A stretch of 64,000 bases of DNA from Sphingomonas sp. (GTDB taxonomy: Bacteria; Pseudomonadota; Alphaproteobacteria; Sphingomonadales; Sphingomonadaceae), in assembly GCA_051954635.1 (NCBI GenBank), contig JBQCHO010000109.1:10411-74410 (forward strand), written 5' to 3'. The translations under genes and the position numbers were made by a program. The notes below the pieces were generated by a model. The model ran no database searches. It saw only the letters and a list, made by a program, of their open reading frames with translations, and had not been told where the DNA came from. Position 1 is the first letter of the stretch; the number at the start of each line of letters is the position of its first letter. This document shows positions 44,752-55,200 of the stretch, piece by piece.

Positions 44752-45143
44752 CAATGCACTCGCTGATTGATCGCGTCGCGGCCGCGGCTGATGCTGGCGA
44801 GCACGAGTTCGTACTGCGCCATGGTGAAGCCGGCATGCTTGAACGCATGAATTTCGGAAGAATGGACGGCATAGCCGCGATGCCACGCGATCACCGCCAG
44901 CCGCCGCAGTGCCTCGAGCCGCGGATCGGCGAGCTCGTTGGCATGTTTGAGCCCGAACAGCCGATGCATCGCCACCGCGACGCGGCCGGGCCGGTTGATG
45001 CTCGACAGTTTCTCGGTCTGCGCCAACGCGACGACCGACCATTCGAGCGGGGAGAGCTTGGCGGGTACCGGATCGGCGACCGGCGCGGCGAGGCGGGGGG
45101 CGAGCATCGCGTCGTGCGGCTCGGCGAAATTACGATAGGCCAT
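44751..45143 (-). CDS. Hypothetical 130-aa protein translationally coupled to the MFP gene
   Basis: Internal ATG (MAYRNFAEPHD) of ORF 44751-45269. Its TGA shares one base with the MFP ATG (TGATG). No TM segment or signal peptide. Family not recognised. Confidence 0.5.
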   Translation of the reverse strand: MAYRNFAEPHDAMLAPRLAAPVADPVPAKLSPLEWSVVALAQTEKLSSINRPGRVAVAMHRLFGLKHANELADPRLEALRRLAVIAWHRGYAVHSSEIHAFKHAGFTMAQYELVLASISRGRDAINQRVH

Positions 45144-45438
45144 GATCTGTCTCCCTGCTGCGGCGCGGATCGGGCAAATCCCTCCCGCGCGCCGAACCGG
45201 CCCCTCGGCCGCCCGGCGATGAATTTGGTCAGACGCTCCCTGATCGCGCGCACGCCGTGCTCGCGACAAAAGAACTATTCGAACTGTCGAAGATGACCGG
45301 CGTGATACGCCACATGGCCGGTCGTTTGGGGTGCCGGACGCGCCCGCCGCTTCATGCGACGGATCAGCCGATCCGGAACCCGTGCCGCCCCTCTCCGGGC
45401 GGCGACGCTATGCGACTACCCCTTCGCTGTTCCGTACT

Positions 45439-45458
45439 GACCGGTATATAAATACCAG
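45439..45458. promoter_or_regulatory. Candidate TetR operator (imperfect palindrome)
   Basis: GACCGGTATATAAATACCAG. Its core CCGGTATATAAATACCAG is 7/9 self-complementary. It shares GACCGGTAT(A/G)TAA with 46146-46158. Confidence 0.3.
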
Positions 45459-45530
45459 ATGAACTGCGTCAAGGCGCTTTTCTATACCGATCGATATTTT
45501 TTGTCGAGCCCGTGTTTCGCAAGCGCCCGA

Positions 45531-46142
45531 TCAGCGCCCCGGCCACATCATCAGGCTGGTTTCGAGCACGCGCTCAAGATCCTCTCGCTTCGCCCCCGCG
45601 CCGGCCTGCACGGCCATCCCCTGCATCACCGCGAAGATGTAGCCGGTGAGGCCGTCGATATCGGCATCGGCGGCGAGATCGCCCTCGGCCTTGGCCCGCT
45701 CGAACCGTTCGACCAGCGCTTTGTGCGACGATTGCCGCCGCTTGATCACTTCTTCGCGGATCGCCTCGGCCTCTTCGCCGCAGGCCACCGAGCTGATCAC
45801 GCCCAGGCACCCCTTGGGCTCGCAGTCCGAACATTGATTGGCGAGTGACCCGCGCAACAATCGCTCTGCGACGCCCTTTGCGGTCGGCGCGTCGAGCGCG
45901 CCGCGCATATAAGCCAGCTTTTCCTGCTCGTAGAGATCGAGCGCCTTGCGAAACAGCGCTTCCTTGTTGCCGAACGCGGCATAGAGGCTCGGGCGCGTGA
46001 TCCCCATCGCCTCGGTGAGGTCGGTCAGCGACGCGCCCTCATAGCCCTTGCTCCAGAACACGCGCAGCGCCGCGGCGAGCGCGTCGTCGACGTCGAACTC
46101 GCGCGGGCGACCCTTGGTCGCGGTGCAGACTTTCATATCCAT
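45531..46142 (-). CDS. TetR/AcrR-family transcriptional regulator
   Basis: N-terminal HTH (GRPREFDVDDALAAALRVFWSKGYEGASLTDLTEAMGITRPSLYAAFGNKEALF). Start at 46142 or 46136. Confidence 0.85.
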   Translation of the reverse strand: MDMKVCTATKGRPREFDVDDALAAALRVFWSKGYEGASLTDLTEAMGITRPSLYAAFGNKEALFRKALDLYEQEKLAYMRGALDAPTAKGVAERLLRGSLANQCSDCEPKGCLGVISSVACGEEAEAIREEVIKRRQSSHKALVERFERAKAEGDLAADADIDGLTGYIFAVMQGMAVQAGAGAKREDLERVLETSLMMWPGR

Positions 46143-46145
46143 AAC

Positions 46146-46158
46146 GACCGGTATGTAA
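46146..46158. promoter_or_regulatory. Second copy of the GACCGGTAT(A/G)TAA motif, at the tetR start / divergent intergenic region
   Basis: GACCGGTATGTAA lies immediately upstream of the tetR ATG, within the spacer to the divergent 1148-aa gene. Confidence 0.3.
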
Positions 46159-46231
46159 TGATTGGATGGCCGAACGTCGAGTCGCATAATCGTGCAAACC
46201 CCATTCATCAAACCAGTGCTAGTGCGCGGGC

Positions 46232-49200
46232 ATGGCGACACGCTATGGAGGCGCGTTGCCCGCAGAGAGCCCCGCCCGAATGGCTGATTCCCCGGTTTTT
46301 TACGATGCGTCAGGGCGCCGCCGTCGCCGCTTCCGGCTGGGCGTGGTCGCGTTCGTCCTGCTGATCTTTCTTGCCGCGATCGTCTTCGTGCTGTCGGTCG
46401 GTGCGGTGCCGAGCGCGCCGCTGCTGCCGTTCCGATCGGAAGCGCCGGCGCTGCACAAGCTGCATCCGCCGCATCAGGGCGTGTTCAGCCGGACCCGGCG
46501 GAGCATCGACTGGTACGCGCGGGCGATCTTCGGCACCGGATCGGCGCAGCAGACCGCGGCGGCGAATGCGCCGCTGGCAATTGCCTTCCACGCGCCTTGG
46601 GATTCATCGAGCACCGCGTCGCTGCAACGGCATATCGATCAGCTCGACTGGCTGATACCGGGCTGGCTGTCGATTACCGGCCCCGATCACCGCATCACCG
46701 AATTTCAGGACAATGCCGGCCGCGCGATCATAAACCAGGCCGCGCATCGGCCGGTGATCCTGCCGATGCTGCAGAACGCGCTCAACGATCAGTGGGACAG
46801 CAGGGATACCGCGGCGCTGCTGCACGATCCCGCCGCCCGCGGCGCGCTGCTCGACAAGCTGGCCGGGTTCCTCGCGCGCAACCATGCCGGCGGCATGTTC
46901 TTCGACTTCGAGGAATTGCCGCCGTCCGCCCAGCACGATTATCGCACCTTCCTCGCCGAGGCGCATCAGCGCTTCGCGCCGCATGGCTGGATCGTCGCGA
47001 TCGCGGTCCCGGTCGGCGATCCTGATTGGAATCTGCCGGCCTATGCCAAGGTCGTCGATAAGCTGTTCCTGATGACCTATGACGAGCACGAAACGAGCGG
47101 GGCGGCGGGGCCGATCGCCTCGCAGCGCTGGTTCGCGCAGGAAGTCGCGCGTGCCGCCCACGGCATTCCGCGCGCCAAGCTGGTCGTCGCGTTCGGCAAC
47201 TATGCCTATGATTGGCACGACAAGGGCGGCGACTCGCTCGACGTCGAGGAGGCGTGGCAGGAAGCCGCGGATTCGGGCGCCACGCCGGTCTGGGACAAGG
47301 TCAGCGGCAATTCGGGATTCGCGTTCCAGGATGGCGGCAGCCGGCACGTCGTCTGGCTGCTCGATGCCGCGTCCGCCTACAACCAGATGCACTTCCTGCA
47401 CGAAGCCGGTATTGGCGGCATGGCGCTGTGGCGGATGGGATCTGAGGATCCCGGCGTGTGGTCGATGTTCGGGCGCGATCATCGTACGCTGCCGCCGCCG
47501 TCGGTCATCGACCAGATCCCGGCCGGCACCAATGTCGACATCGAAGGCGCGGGCGAAATCCTGAAGATCACCGCGTCGCCGGTGACCGGATTGCGTACTG
47601 CCGTCGCCGCGCCCGACGGCACCATCGGCGATGTCGCGTTCCGCCGGCTGCCGTCGCCGTACGTCGTTCAGCGCACCGGCAACATCCACGGCGACGTCGC
47701 GCTGACCTTCGACGATGGCCCCGATCCCGATTGGACCCCCAAGATCCTTTCGGTGCTGGAAGCCAAGCACGTGCCGGGGACTTTCTTCATCGTCGGCGAG
47801 AATGCGCTGACCCAACGGTCGCTGCTCAAGCGCATGGTGAGGGACGGCGACGAGATCGGCAGCCACACCTACACGCACCCCAATTTGGCCAACGTCTCGC
47901 ATCGCCAGGTCTCGCTCGAACTCAATGCCAACCAGCGGCTGTTCCAGGCCTTTACCGGCCGATCGCTCCGACTGTTCCGCGCGCCCTATTTCGGCGATGC
48001 CGAGCCGACCACCGCCGACGAAATCGATCCGGCGCTCGCCGCGCAGAACCGGGGCTATATCTCGGTCGGCCTGCACGTCGATCCCGACGACTGGAAGCGC
48101 CCCGGGGTCGACGCAATCATTCGAAGGGCGCTTGCCGGCGTGACCAGCGCGCCGGCGAGCTGCGGTCCTGACGCCGACGCCAATTGCAGCCGCAATGTCA
48201 TCCTCCTCCATGATGGCGGCGGCAATCGCGCGCAGACGGTCGCGGCGCTGCCCGTCATCATCGATCAATTGCGCGCGCGCGGCTATCGCCTCGTGCCCGT
48301 CTCGACGCTTGCGGGCCTCTCGCATGATGCCGTGATGCCGCCGATCTCGGCGAGTGACCGTTTCATGGCGGGAGCCGACCTCGCCTTGTTCACCACTTTG
48401 GGCGGCATCGTCATCGCGCTGCGCTGGCTGTTCGTCTTTGCGATCACGATCGGCATCCTGCGCGCGATCGCGCTCTCGGCCTTGGCGCTGATCCAGGCCC
48501 GCCGCGAAAATCGCGAAATCTTCCCGCCGATCGATCCCGACCGATCGGTCACCGTGCTGATCCCCGCTTTCAACGAGGAGCGGGTGATCGAGCGGGCGGT
48601 GCGCGGCGTGCTCGCCTCGAGCGAGGTCCATGTCGAGGTGATCGTGATCGACGATGGATCGAGCGACGCGACCAGCGCGGTCGTCGCCGCCGCCTTCGCT
48701 GACGAATCGCGCGTGCGGCTGCTGACGCTCGAAAACGGCGGCAAGGCGCGCGCACTCAACCGCGCGCTGGAGCTCGTCAATTCGGAGATCGTCATCGCGC
48801 TCGATGCTGACACTCAGTTCGAGCCGACCACGATCGCCCGCCTCGCGCGCTGGTTCGAAGACCCGCGGCTCGGCGCGGTCGCGGGCAACGCCAAGGTCGG
48901 CAATCGCGTCAACCTCGTCACCCGCTGGCAGGCGCTCGAATATATCACGGCGCAGAATCTGGAACGTCGCGCGCTCGGCCGCCTCAATGCGATCACGGTC
49001 GTGCCCGGCGCGGTCGGCGCGTGGCGGCTCGAGGCGATCCGCGCGGTTGGCGGCTATCCGCACGATACGCTGGCCGAGGATCAGGACCTCACGATCGCGA
49101 TCCAGCGGGCCGGCTGGAGCGTGCGATACGACCAGTTCGCGGTCGCCTGGACCGAGGCGCCCGAGACCTTCCGCGCGCTCGCCAAGCAGCGCTTCCGCTG

Positions 49201-49678
49201 GGCCTATGGCACGCTGCAATGCCTGTGGAAGCATGGCGGGGTGATGGCGTCGGGCCGTCCGCGCGGCCTCGCCTGGATCGGCCTGCCGCAGGCGATCGTG
49301 TTCCAGATCGTGCTCGCCGCGATCTCGCCGATCATCGATCTCGCGCTGCTGGTCAGCTTCTTCACCACCTATCTCGCGGTCGAGGCGCATGGCTGGGCGC
49401 AGACCTCGCACGATGTCGAGAAGATGCTGGCTTATTGGCTCGTCTTCACCGCGATCGACATGCTTGCCGCGACGATCGCTTTCGCGCTCGAACGGCGTGA
49501 GCGCTGGCGCCTGCTCTGGCTGCTGATCCCGCAGCGTATCGGCTATCGCCAGGTGATGTATTACGTCGTCGTCAAGGCGATCGCCCAAGCGCTGCGCGGC
49601 CCCCAAGTCGGCTGGGGCAAGTTCCAACGCACCGGTCGCGCCGTCGCGCAACCGACGCGGGCGGGCAGGAAGTCCTGA
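46232..49678 (+). CDS. Tri-domain membrane protein: GH18-like domain, NodB/CE4 polysaccharide deacetylase and family-2 glycosyltransferase (PgaC/Ica-like synthase)
   Basis: N-terminal TM. GH18-like GGMFFDFEELP (DxE) and GGMALWRMGSEDP. CE4 motifs TFDDGPDP and HTYTHP. GT2 motifs VLIPAFNEE, DADTQ and the processive-synthase motif QRFRWAYG. TM segments flank the GT2 domain. An alternative start is at 46280. Confidence 0.85.
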   Translation: MATRYGGALPAESPARMADSPVFYDASGRRRRRFRLGVVAFVLLIFLAAIVFVLSVGAVPSAPLLPFRSEAPALHKLHPPHQGVFSRTRRSIDWYARAIFGTGSAQQTAAANAPLAIAFHAPWDSSSTASLQRHIDQLDWLIPGWLSITGPDHRITEFQDNAGRAIINQAAHRPVILPMLQNALNDQWDSRDTAALLHDPAARGALLDKLAGFLARNHAGGMFFDFEELPPSAQHDYRTFLAEAHQRFAPHGWIVAIAVPVGDPDWNLPAYAKVVDKLFLMTYDEHETSGAAGPIASQRWFAQEVARAAHGIPRAKLVVAFGNYAYDWHDKGGDSLDVEEAWQEAADSGATPVWDKVSGNSGFAFQDGGSRHVVWLLDAASAYNQMHFLHEAGIGGMALWRMGSEDPGVWSMFGRDHRTLPPPSVIDQIPAGTNVDIEGAGEILKITASPVTGLRTAVAAPDGTIGDVAFRRLPSPYVVQRTGNIHGDVALTFDDGPDPDWTPKILSVLEAKHVPGTFFIVGENALTQRSLLKRMVRDGDEIGSHTYTHPNLANVSHRQVSLELNANQRLFQAFTGRSLRLFRAPYFGDAEPTTADEIDPALAAQNRGYISVGLHVDPDDWKRPGVDAIIRRALAGVTSAPASCGPDADANCSRNVILLHDGGGNRAQTVAALPVIIDQLRARGYRLVPVSTLAGLSHDAVMPPISASDRFMAGADLALFTTLGGIVIALRWLFVFAITIGILRAIALSALALIQARRENREIFPPIDPDRSVTVLIPAFNEERVIERAVRGVLASSEVHVEVIVIDDGSSDATSAVVAAAFADESRVRLLTLENGGKARALNRALELVNSEIVIALDADTQFEPTTIARLARWFEDPRLGAVAGNAKVGNRVNLVTRWQALEYITAQNLERRALGRLNAITVVPGAVGAWRLEAIRAVGGYPHDTLAEDQDLTIAIQRAGWSVRYDQFAVAWTEAPETFRALAKQRFRWAYGTLQCLWKHGGVMASGRPRGLAWIGLPQAIVFQIVLAAISPIIDLALLVSFFTTYLAVEAHGWAQTSHDVEKMLAYWLVFTAIDMLAATIAFALERRERWRLLWLLIPQRIGYRQVMYYVVVKAIAQALRGPQVGWGKFQRTGRAVAQPTRAGRKS

Positions 49679-49850
49679 CGTCGGCAGCGCCCTCGCTGCG
49701 CTTAGAAGACGAATCCGCTTTGCAGGATCGAAATCTCAAACCATAAGCTTGTCGCTTGGGACCAAAGATATGTCCCAGGCCCGCATCAGGGCCGCGGCGG
49801 CGTGCGCAGCCCTCGACAGGGTCGTCGCGATTATGAACCAAGACATCGTG

Positions 49851-50149
49851 CTAAACGGCGGCGCTCGCCCCGCGCTCGATGTTGGCCACGGTGCCACGAG
49901 ACAGTCCCGACCGCGCGGCTACTTGGGCCAGCGACAATGATCGCTTGAGCCGGCGGTTGCGCAGCTGCTCGGCAAGCGTTGAACCCGGCCCTAGCCCCGT
50001 CAGACGGAAGTCGAGCGCGGTTATTGCGGCGCCAAAGTGGCCATCGACCCGATACCCTTCTCCAGCCGCTTAATGGTCTGAGCGTCGACCCCGATGCGAC
50101 CCGCCAGTGTGTGCTGCGACCAGCCTGCCGAACGTTGGGCCTCTCTCAT
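49851..50149 (-). pseudogene. Tandem XRE-type HTH regulator disrupted by a frameshift
   Basis: MREAQRSAGWSQHTLAGRIGVDAQTIKRLEKGIGSMATLAPQ*, then in another frame ...LTGLGPGSTLAEQLRNRRLKRSLSLAQVAARSGLSRGTVANIERGASAAV*. Each piece is below the 60-aa track cut-off. Confidence 0.4.
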
Positions 50150-50368
50150 TTCGTCGATCAATATCTGAACCCATTTGGTATCACATTTTGATGGCGCTGA
50201 CGGAAGCGGCCGTTAGGGTCAAGGCAGATGTTCGTATAGCTCGTGTTTGTCATCGCGAGGCTGCGCCATCGCCTACGAACGGCTGGCATTGGGCCGCTAG
50301 CCGACCGGCAGGTTCCAGCAGTTTGACTATAAGGAGCGGTCATTAGAGAAATCCGCAACCGGCTCTGC

Positions 50369-51382
50369 TCAATCGCCGACGACCAAGATACGGAACGTGC
50401 CTGCTTGGTAGGCGTGATGTTGGCCGGGGGGCGGGGTCGTCGAGGTTGCGGTGGGCAAGTATATCGTGGCCGTGTTCGGATCGATTGCGCCGGTGCGGGC
50501 ACCCGAAGCGGTTGTGATCGTCGTCACTCCATGCGCCCCCTGAGGACCATCGAGCGCGACTTCAATCAGCGTCCCGCTGCGCCCGCAGGGAATGTAGGCG
50601 CGACGATGCGGCGCATCCATGATCACCGCATCGGGGCCGGCGCCGATATCGATCAGGTGTGTCAGCTTCATGGTACGCGCGTCGACCACCGCCGCCTTGC
50701 CGTTGTCGCACGCGCTGATCAATTGCGCTGTCTTCTCGTCATACCCCAGGCCCGACGGCCCGGTGCAGCCCGGCAGCGCGATGGTGCGACCGGCCGTGCC
50801 ACTGGCTGCGTCAGCCGTCTCGATGACGTTCTCGTCCTCGTTGTTGACGAACAGCTTCCCGCCATAGCCGAACTGCGCGAATTCGAGTCCCGGCTTGAGG
50901 GTGATCGTCCGCGCGACGTTGCGGGTCGCGACGTCGATGATCGACACCGTGCCTGATTTGGCGTTCATCACCGCAGCCTTGTCCATCGAGGCGTCATAGA
51001 TCGCGGCATCGGGGTCTTCGCCGACGGGGATCGACGCGAGTTGCTTGTGCGTCCGCGTATCGAACAGCCGCACGGTTCCGTCCTGGCCGCTGGTGACGAG
51101 CAGCAGCGGACGGCCGGTAATCGGCACCACGGCATGCGCATGGGCGACAGTGCCGAAGTTGGCGACGCGATCGCCGTCCGCCAGCGCCATCGACATCACG
51201 CTATCGCCGTGCGCCACATACAGCATGCGGCCTGCCGGATCGACCGATGCATAATCCCATCCGCCATCGGGGGCAGGCACTTGCTTGGTGACCTTGTAGC
51301 TCGACGGTGCCGCGACGGCGGCGCTGGCGAGAAACGTTGCGATTGCGGCAAGCGCGAAGCGGCGGGCGATCGATGAACGCAT
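50369..51382 (-). CDS. Secreted YncE-like (YVTN-repeat) beta-propeller protein
   Basis: Signal peptide MRSSIARRFALAAIATFLASAAVAAP. Repeated ...G..P.G.A.D..... blades (DGGWDYASVDPAGRMLYVAH; GEDPDAAIYD; GAGPDAVIMD). Internal ATG of ORF 50369-52009. Confidence 0.7.
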   Translation of the reverse strand: MRSSIARRFALAAIATFLASAAVAAPSSYKVTKQVPAPDGGWDYASVDPAGRMLYVAHGDSVMSMALADGDRVANFGTVAHAHAVVPITGRPLLLVTSGQDGTVRLFDTRTHKQLASIPVGEDPDAAIYDASMDKAAVMNAKSGTVSIIDVATRNVARTITLKPGLEFAQFGYGGKLFVNNEDENVIETADAASGTAGRTIALPGCTGPSGLGYDEKTAQLISACDNGKAAVVDARTMKLTHLIDIGAGPDAVIMDAPHRRAYIPCGRSGTLIEVALDGPQGAHGVTTITTASGARTGAIDPNTATIYLPTATSTTPPPGQHHAYQAGTFRILVVGD

Positions 51383-51510
51383 GGGCGAAATCTCCGGTGA
51401 TCGGTGTGGTGCGATCATGTCGGTTGTCGCCGGTGGAGGGAACAGCCGATCCATGCTCGCCGGCAACATTGCGAAAATATAATGTTGATGAGCAGCTTGG
51501 GCGTCGCGGA

Positions 51511-52212
51511 TCAGTCCGGCTCGCCGCCGCGCCAGCGCAGCCATTCGGCGATCAACCAGGTGCCGAGCGCCCAGGCCGCGCCGATCGTCCAGCCGGCCAG
51601 CACATCGGTCGGCCAGTGCACGCCCAGATACACGCGGCTGGCGCCGATCAGCAGCGTGATCGCGACGCTGACGATCAGCACGAACAAGCGCACGCGCTGC
51701 CGCGTCTCGGCGCGCGCGAGCAACGCGCCGAGCGTCAGATAGGTGAATGCCGATAATGTGGCGTGGCCGCTGGGAAAACTCTGCGAATGCACCGAGACCA
51801 GATGCGGCACGATCTCCGGACGGGCGCGATCGAATGCCAGCTTGAGCGACTTTTCGAGGATCGCGCCGAGCACGATCGACGCGGCAACCAGCGTCCCCAG
51901 CCGACGCTCGCCGGCAAGCGCGAGATAGAGCACCGCGATCACTGTCACCACGGTGATGATCGTCGGGCTGCCCAGGCCTGTGACGTCGACCGCCGATTGC
52001 GCCAGCCACGCAGGGCCGGCCGGGATCGACGGATCGCCCGAAACGCGTAGCGCCATCAGCACACTACGGTCGAAGCTGCCCGATTCGTGATTGACGACAT
52101 CCTCGATGATTTTCGCCAGCCCGAGCAGCAGCGTTCCGAGGACCAGCAGGCCCGCGAGAAGCTTCGGCTCGGCTGCAGCGTAGTAGGATCGCAAACCGCG
52201 TCCATCGGCCAT
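51511..52212 (-). CDS. PAP2-family (type 2 phosphatidic acid / lipid phosphate) phosphatase
   Basis: All three PAP2 motifs are present: KLAFDRARP, PSGH and SRVYLGVHWPTD. It has 5-6 TM segments and starts 2 nt after the RND stop. Confidence 0.85.
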   Translation of the reverse strand: MADGRGLRSYYAAAEPKLLAGLLVLGTLLLGLAKIIEDVVNHESGSFDRSVLMALRVSGDPSIPAGPAWLAQSAVDVTGLGSPTIITVVTVIAVLYLALAGERRLGTLVAASIVLGAILEKSLKLAFDRARPEIVPHLVSVHSQSFPSGHATLSAFTYLTLGALLARAETRQRVRLFVLIVSVAITLLIGASRVYLGVHWPTDVLAGWTIGAAWALGTWLIAEWLRWRGGEPD

Positions 52213-52214
52213 CG

Positions 52215-55200
52215 CTAGTTATCCTCGCCGAGGCTTGTGCGCGCGATCGGTTCGGGCTCGCCCCGGGGCCTTTGCAGCCCTAGCATCATCGCCGGGAGGA
52301 ACAGCAGCACAAGCGGCACGGCGGCGGTGAGGCCGAAGATGATCGCGGTCGCAAGCGGCTTCTGCAGCCCCGCGCCGCGGCTGATGCCGAGCGCGAGCGG
52401 GGCGAGGGTGAGGATCGCGATCAGCGCCGACATCAGGATCGGGCGCAGCCGCTTCGCGCCCGCCTCGCGCAGCTGGTCGAGGTCGAGCGGCTTGGTCGCG
52501 TCGAGCTCGGCCATGAAGAAGATGACCAGCTCGGTGACCATGCCGACCACCATTGTCAGCCCCATCAGCGCAGAGATGTCGAGCTCGATGCCGGTGATCC
52601 ACAGGCCGAGCAGCACCGCCGCAGCCGACAGCAGCACCGTGGCGATCGCCGACAGCGTCCACGCCAGCCGTTCATACAGGAACGTCAGCAGCAGTGCCGA
52701 CAGGAGCAACGCAGCCGCGAACACCATCGACAGGTCGGCGAAGCTCTTCTGCTGTTGCTGATAGAGCCCGCCATATTCGACGCGAATTGATGATGGCAGG
52801 TGCAGCCCCGTGATCGCCGAACGCACTGCCTTCATGCCGGAGCCGAGATCGCGGCCTTCGAGCCGCGCCGTCACATCGATGAACGGCGCGAGGTTCTCGC
52901 GCGTCAACTGTTTTTGGCCGGCCTCGACCGACACCTGCGCCACCTGCGCCACGCGCACGCCGTGCCCGTCGGGGGCGACCAGCACCAGCTGGCCGAGTTG
53001 CTCGGCGCGCGAGCGAAGGTCGGCGGGCGCGCGCACGCGCACCGTGACGAGCTGTTCGCCGATGCGAATTTGGGTGGCAAGGTTGCCGCCGATCATCGTC
53101 TCGAGCTGGCTGCCCACCGCATCGGGATCGAGCCCCTGCTGCGCGGCGCGTGCGGGATCGACCTTGATCGAGATATCGTCGCCCGCCACGCGCAAGCCGT
53201 CGACCACTTCGACGACGCCCTGCACCTTGCCGATCGCGTCGCCGACCCGCTTCGCGGCCTGCTGCAACGCGGCGTCGTTATCACCGAACAACTTCACCTC
53301 GACAGGCTGCGGGACCGCAGTCAGATCGCCGATCAGATCCTCCATTAGTTGCGCTGTTTCTATCTCGACCCCGGGCACCTTCGCTTCGATGCGCTGGCGG
53401 ATGTCCGCCATCACTTCCTCGATCGGCCTGCGCGATCCACCCTTCAGGCGGATAAAGATATCGCCCTCGTCGGCCTCGGTCAGGCCGCCGCCAAGCTGCA
53501 GGCCAGTGCGCCGCGAATAGCTCGCGACCTCGGGGGTGGCGATTATCTCCCGCTCTACCTGCTTGAGGATGCGATCGGTGTCGCTCAGCGCCGCGCCCGA
53601 TTGCGCTTTGTAATCGAGGATGAACCCGCCTTCGTCCATCGCCGGCATGAACCCCGACGGGACGTGCTGCCAAGCGACGTAGCCGAGCGCGGCGAGCCCC
53701 AGGCCGAGCACCAACGCGAACAACCCCGGTCGCGCCATCGAGCGTTCGAACGCGCTGTGATAGCCATTGCTGAGGCGACCCATGAATCCGCCGGCGCGCT
53801 CGGCCGCAGCGGCATCCTTGTCGCGCAGCCAGTAAGCCGAGACGAGCGGAATGATGAACCGCGCGTAGAGTAGCGACAATCCGAGCGCGGCGACCATCGT
53901 CAGCGCCAGCGCCTTGAAAAACCCCCCGGTCACGCCGCTGATGAACGCCAGCGGCAGGAATACGATGATCGTCGCCGAGGTCGATCCGAGCAGCGGCTTG
54001 CCCATCTCGCGCGCCGCGCCCAGGATGCCGCGCACGCCCTTGGCGCTGCCTTCCTGCATACGCCGCATGATATGCTCGAGCATGACGACGGCGTCGTCGA
54101 CGACGAGCCCGACCGCGGCGGCCATGCCGCCCAGCGTCATCATGTTGAAGCTCATCCCGAACGCAAGCAGCACCAGGCAGGTGCCGGCGAGCACCATCGG
54201 CAGCATCAGCCCGGTGATCACCATCAACCGGCCCGAACGCAGGAACAGGAACAGCACCACTCCGGCAAGGAACGCGCCGAGCAGGATCGCGTCGCGCACC
54301 GCATTGGCGGCCCCCGTCACCAACTCGGACTGGTCGTAGAACGGCGTCACCTTGACGCTCGGCGGCAGCCCCAGGCTGGCGAGCTTGGCGTTGACGTCGT
54401 TGGCGATGCGCACGGTATCGCCGGTCAGCGACTGGCGAATGTTGACCAGCACCGCGCGCTGGCCGTTCGAAGTGACTGCGGTGAAATTGGGCTCGACCGA
54501 CGGCTTGATCGTCGCGATCTGGCCGAGCGTCGCGACACCCGCATTCTTGCCGGTCGCCGCCTTGATGGGCGTGGCGGCGAGGTCGGCGATCGACGCGATC
54601 CGGTTCTGTGCGAGTACCAGATAGAGCCGATGCTTGTCCTCGATCCGCCCGAGCCCGCGCACGACATTCGCCTTGCCCAATGTCGTGGCGATGTCGTCGA
54701 TGCTGACGCCCAGGGCCTGCGCGCGCGCGGGATCGATATCGACCGCGAACTCGCGCGGCGCACCACCGAGCACGTCGACCGCGGCGACGCCCGGCACCGC
54801 AGTCAACGCCGGCCTGATCTTGAGGTCGGCGATCTGACGCAATGCCTCCTGATCGAGCGAGTTCGAGGTGAGCGCGATGCCGAGGATCGGGAAGATTGTT
54901 GGATCGGATCGGCGCACGTCGAACCGCGTGCCGGTCGGCAGGTCGGGCAAGCTGGTCGCCAGCGCGCCCTGCGTCGCCAGCGTCGCCGCGACCATGTCCT
55001 GGCCCCAGTTGAAGTTGAGGTCGATCTCGGCCGAGCCGCGACTTGTGGTCGATCGGATCTGGGTGACACCGGGGACGGCGCGCAACGCCAGCTCGATCGG
55101 CCGCGTGATCTGCGCGGTCATCTGCGCGGGGTCGCGCTCGCCGGCGTCGATCGACACCACCACGCGCGGGTAATCGATATGCGGGAACAGGCTGACCGGC

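Noticed and set aside
46604-49651. 1015-aa ORF on the minus strand
   Set aside because: It is exactly antisense to the well-supported GH18/CE4/GT2 gene. The composition is Arg/Ala/Asp/Gly-rich low complexity with no motifs, which is typical of a high-GC shadow ORF.
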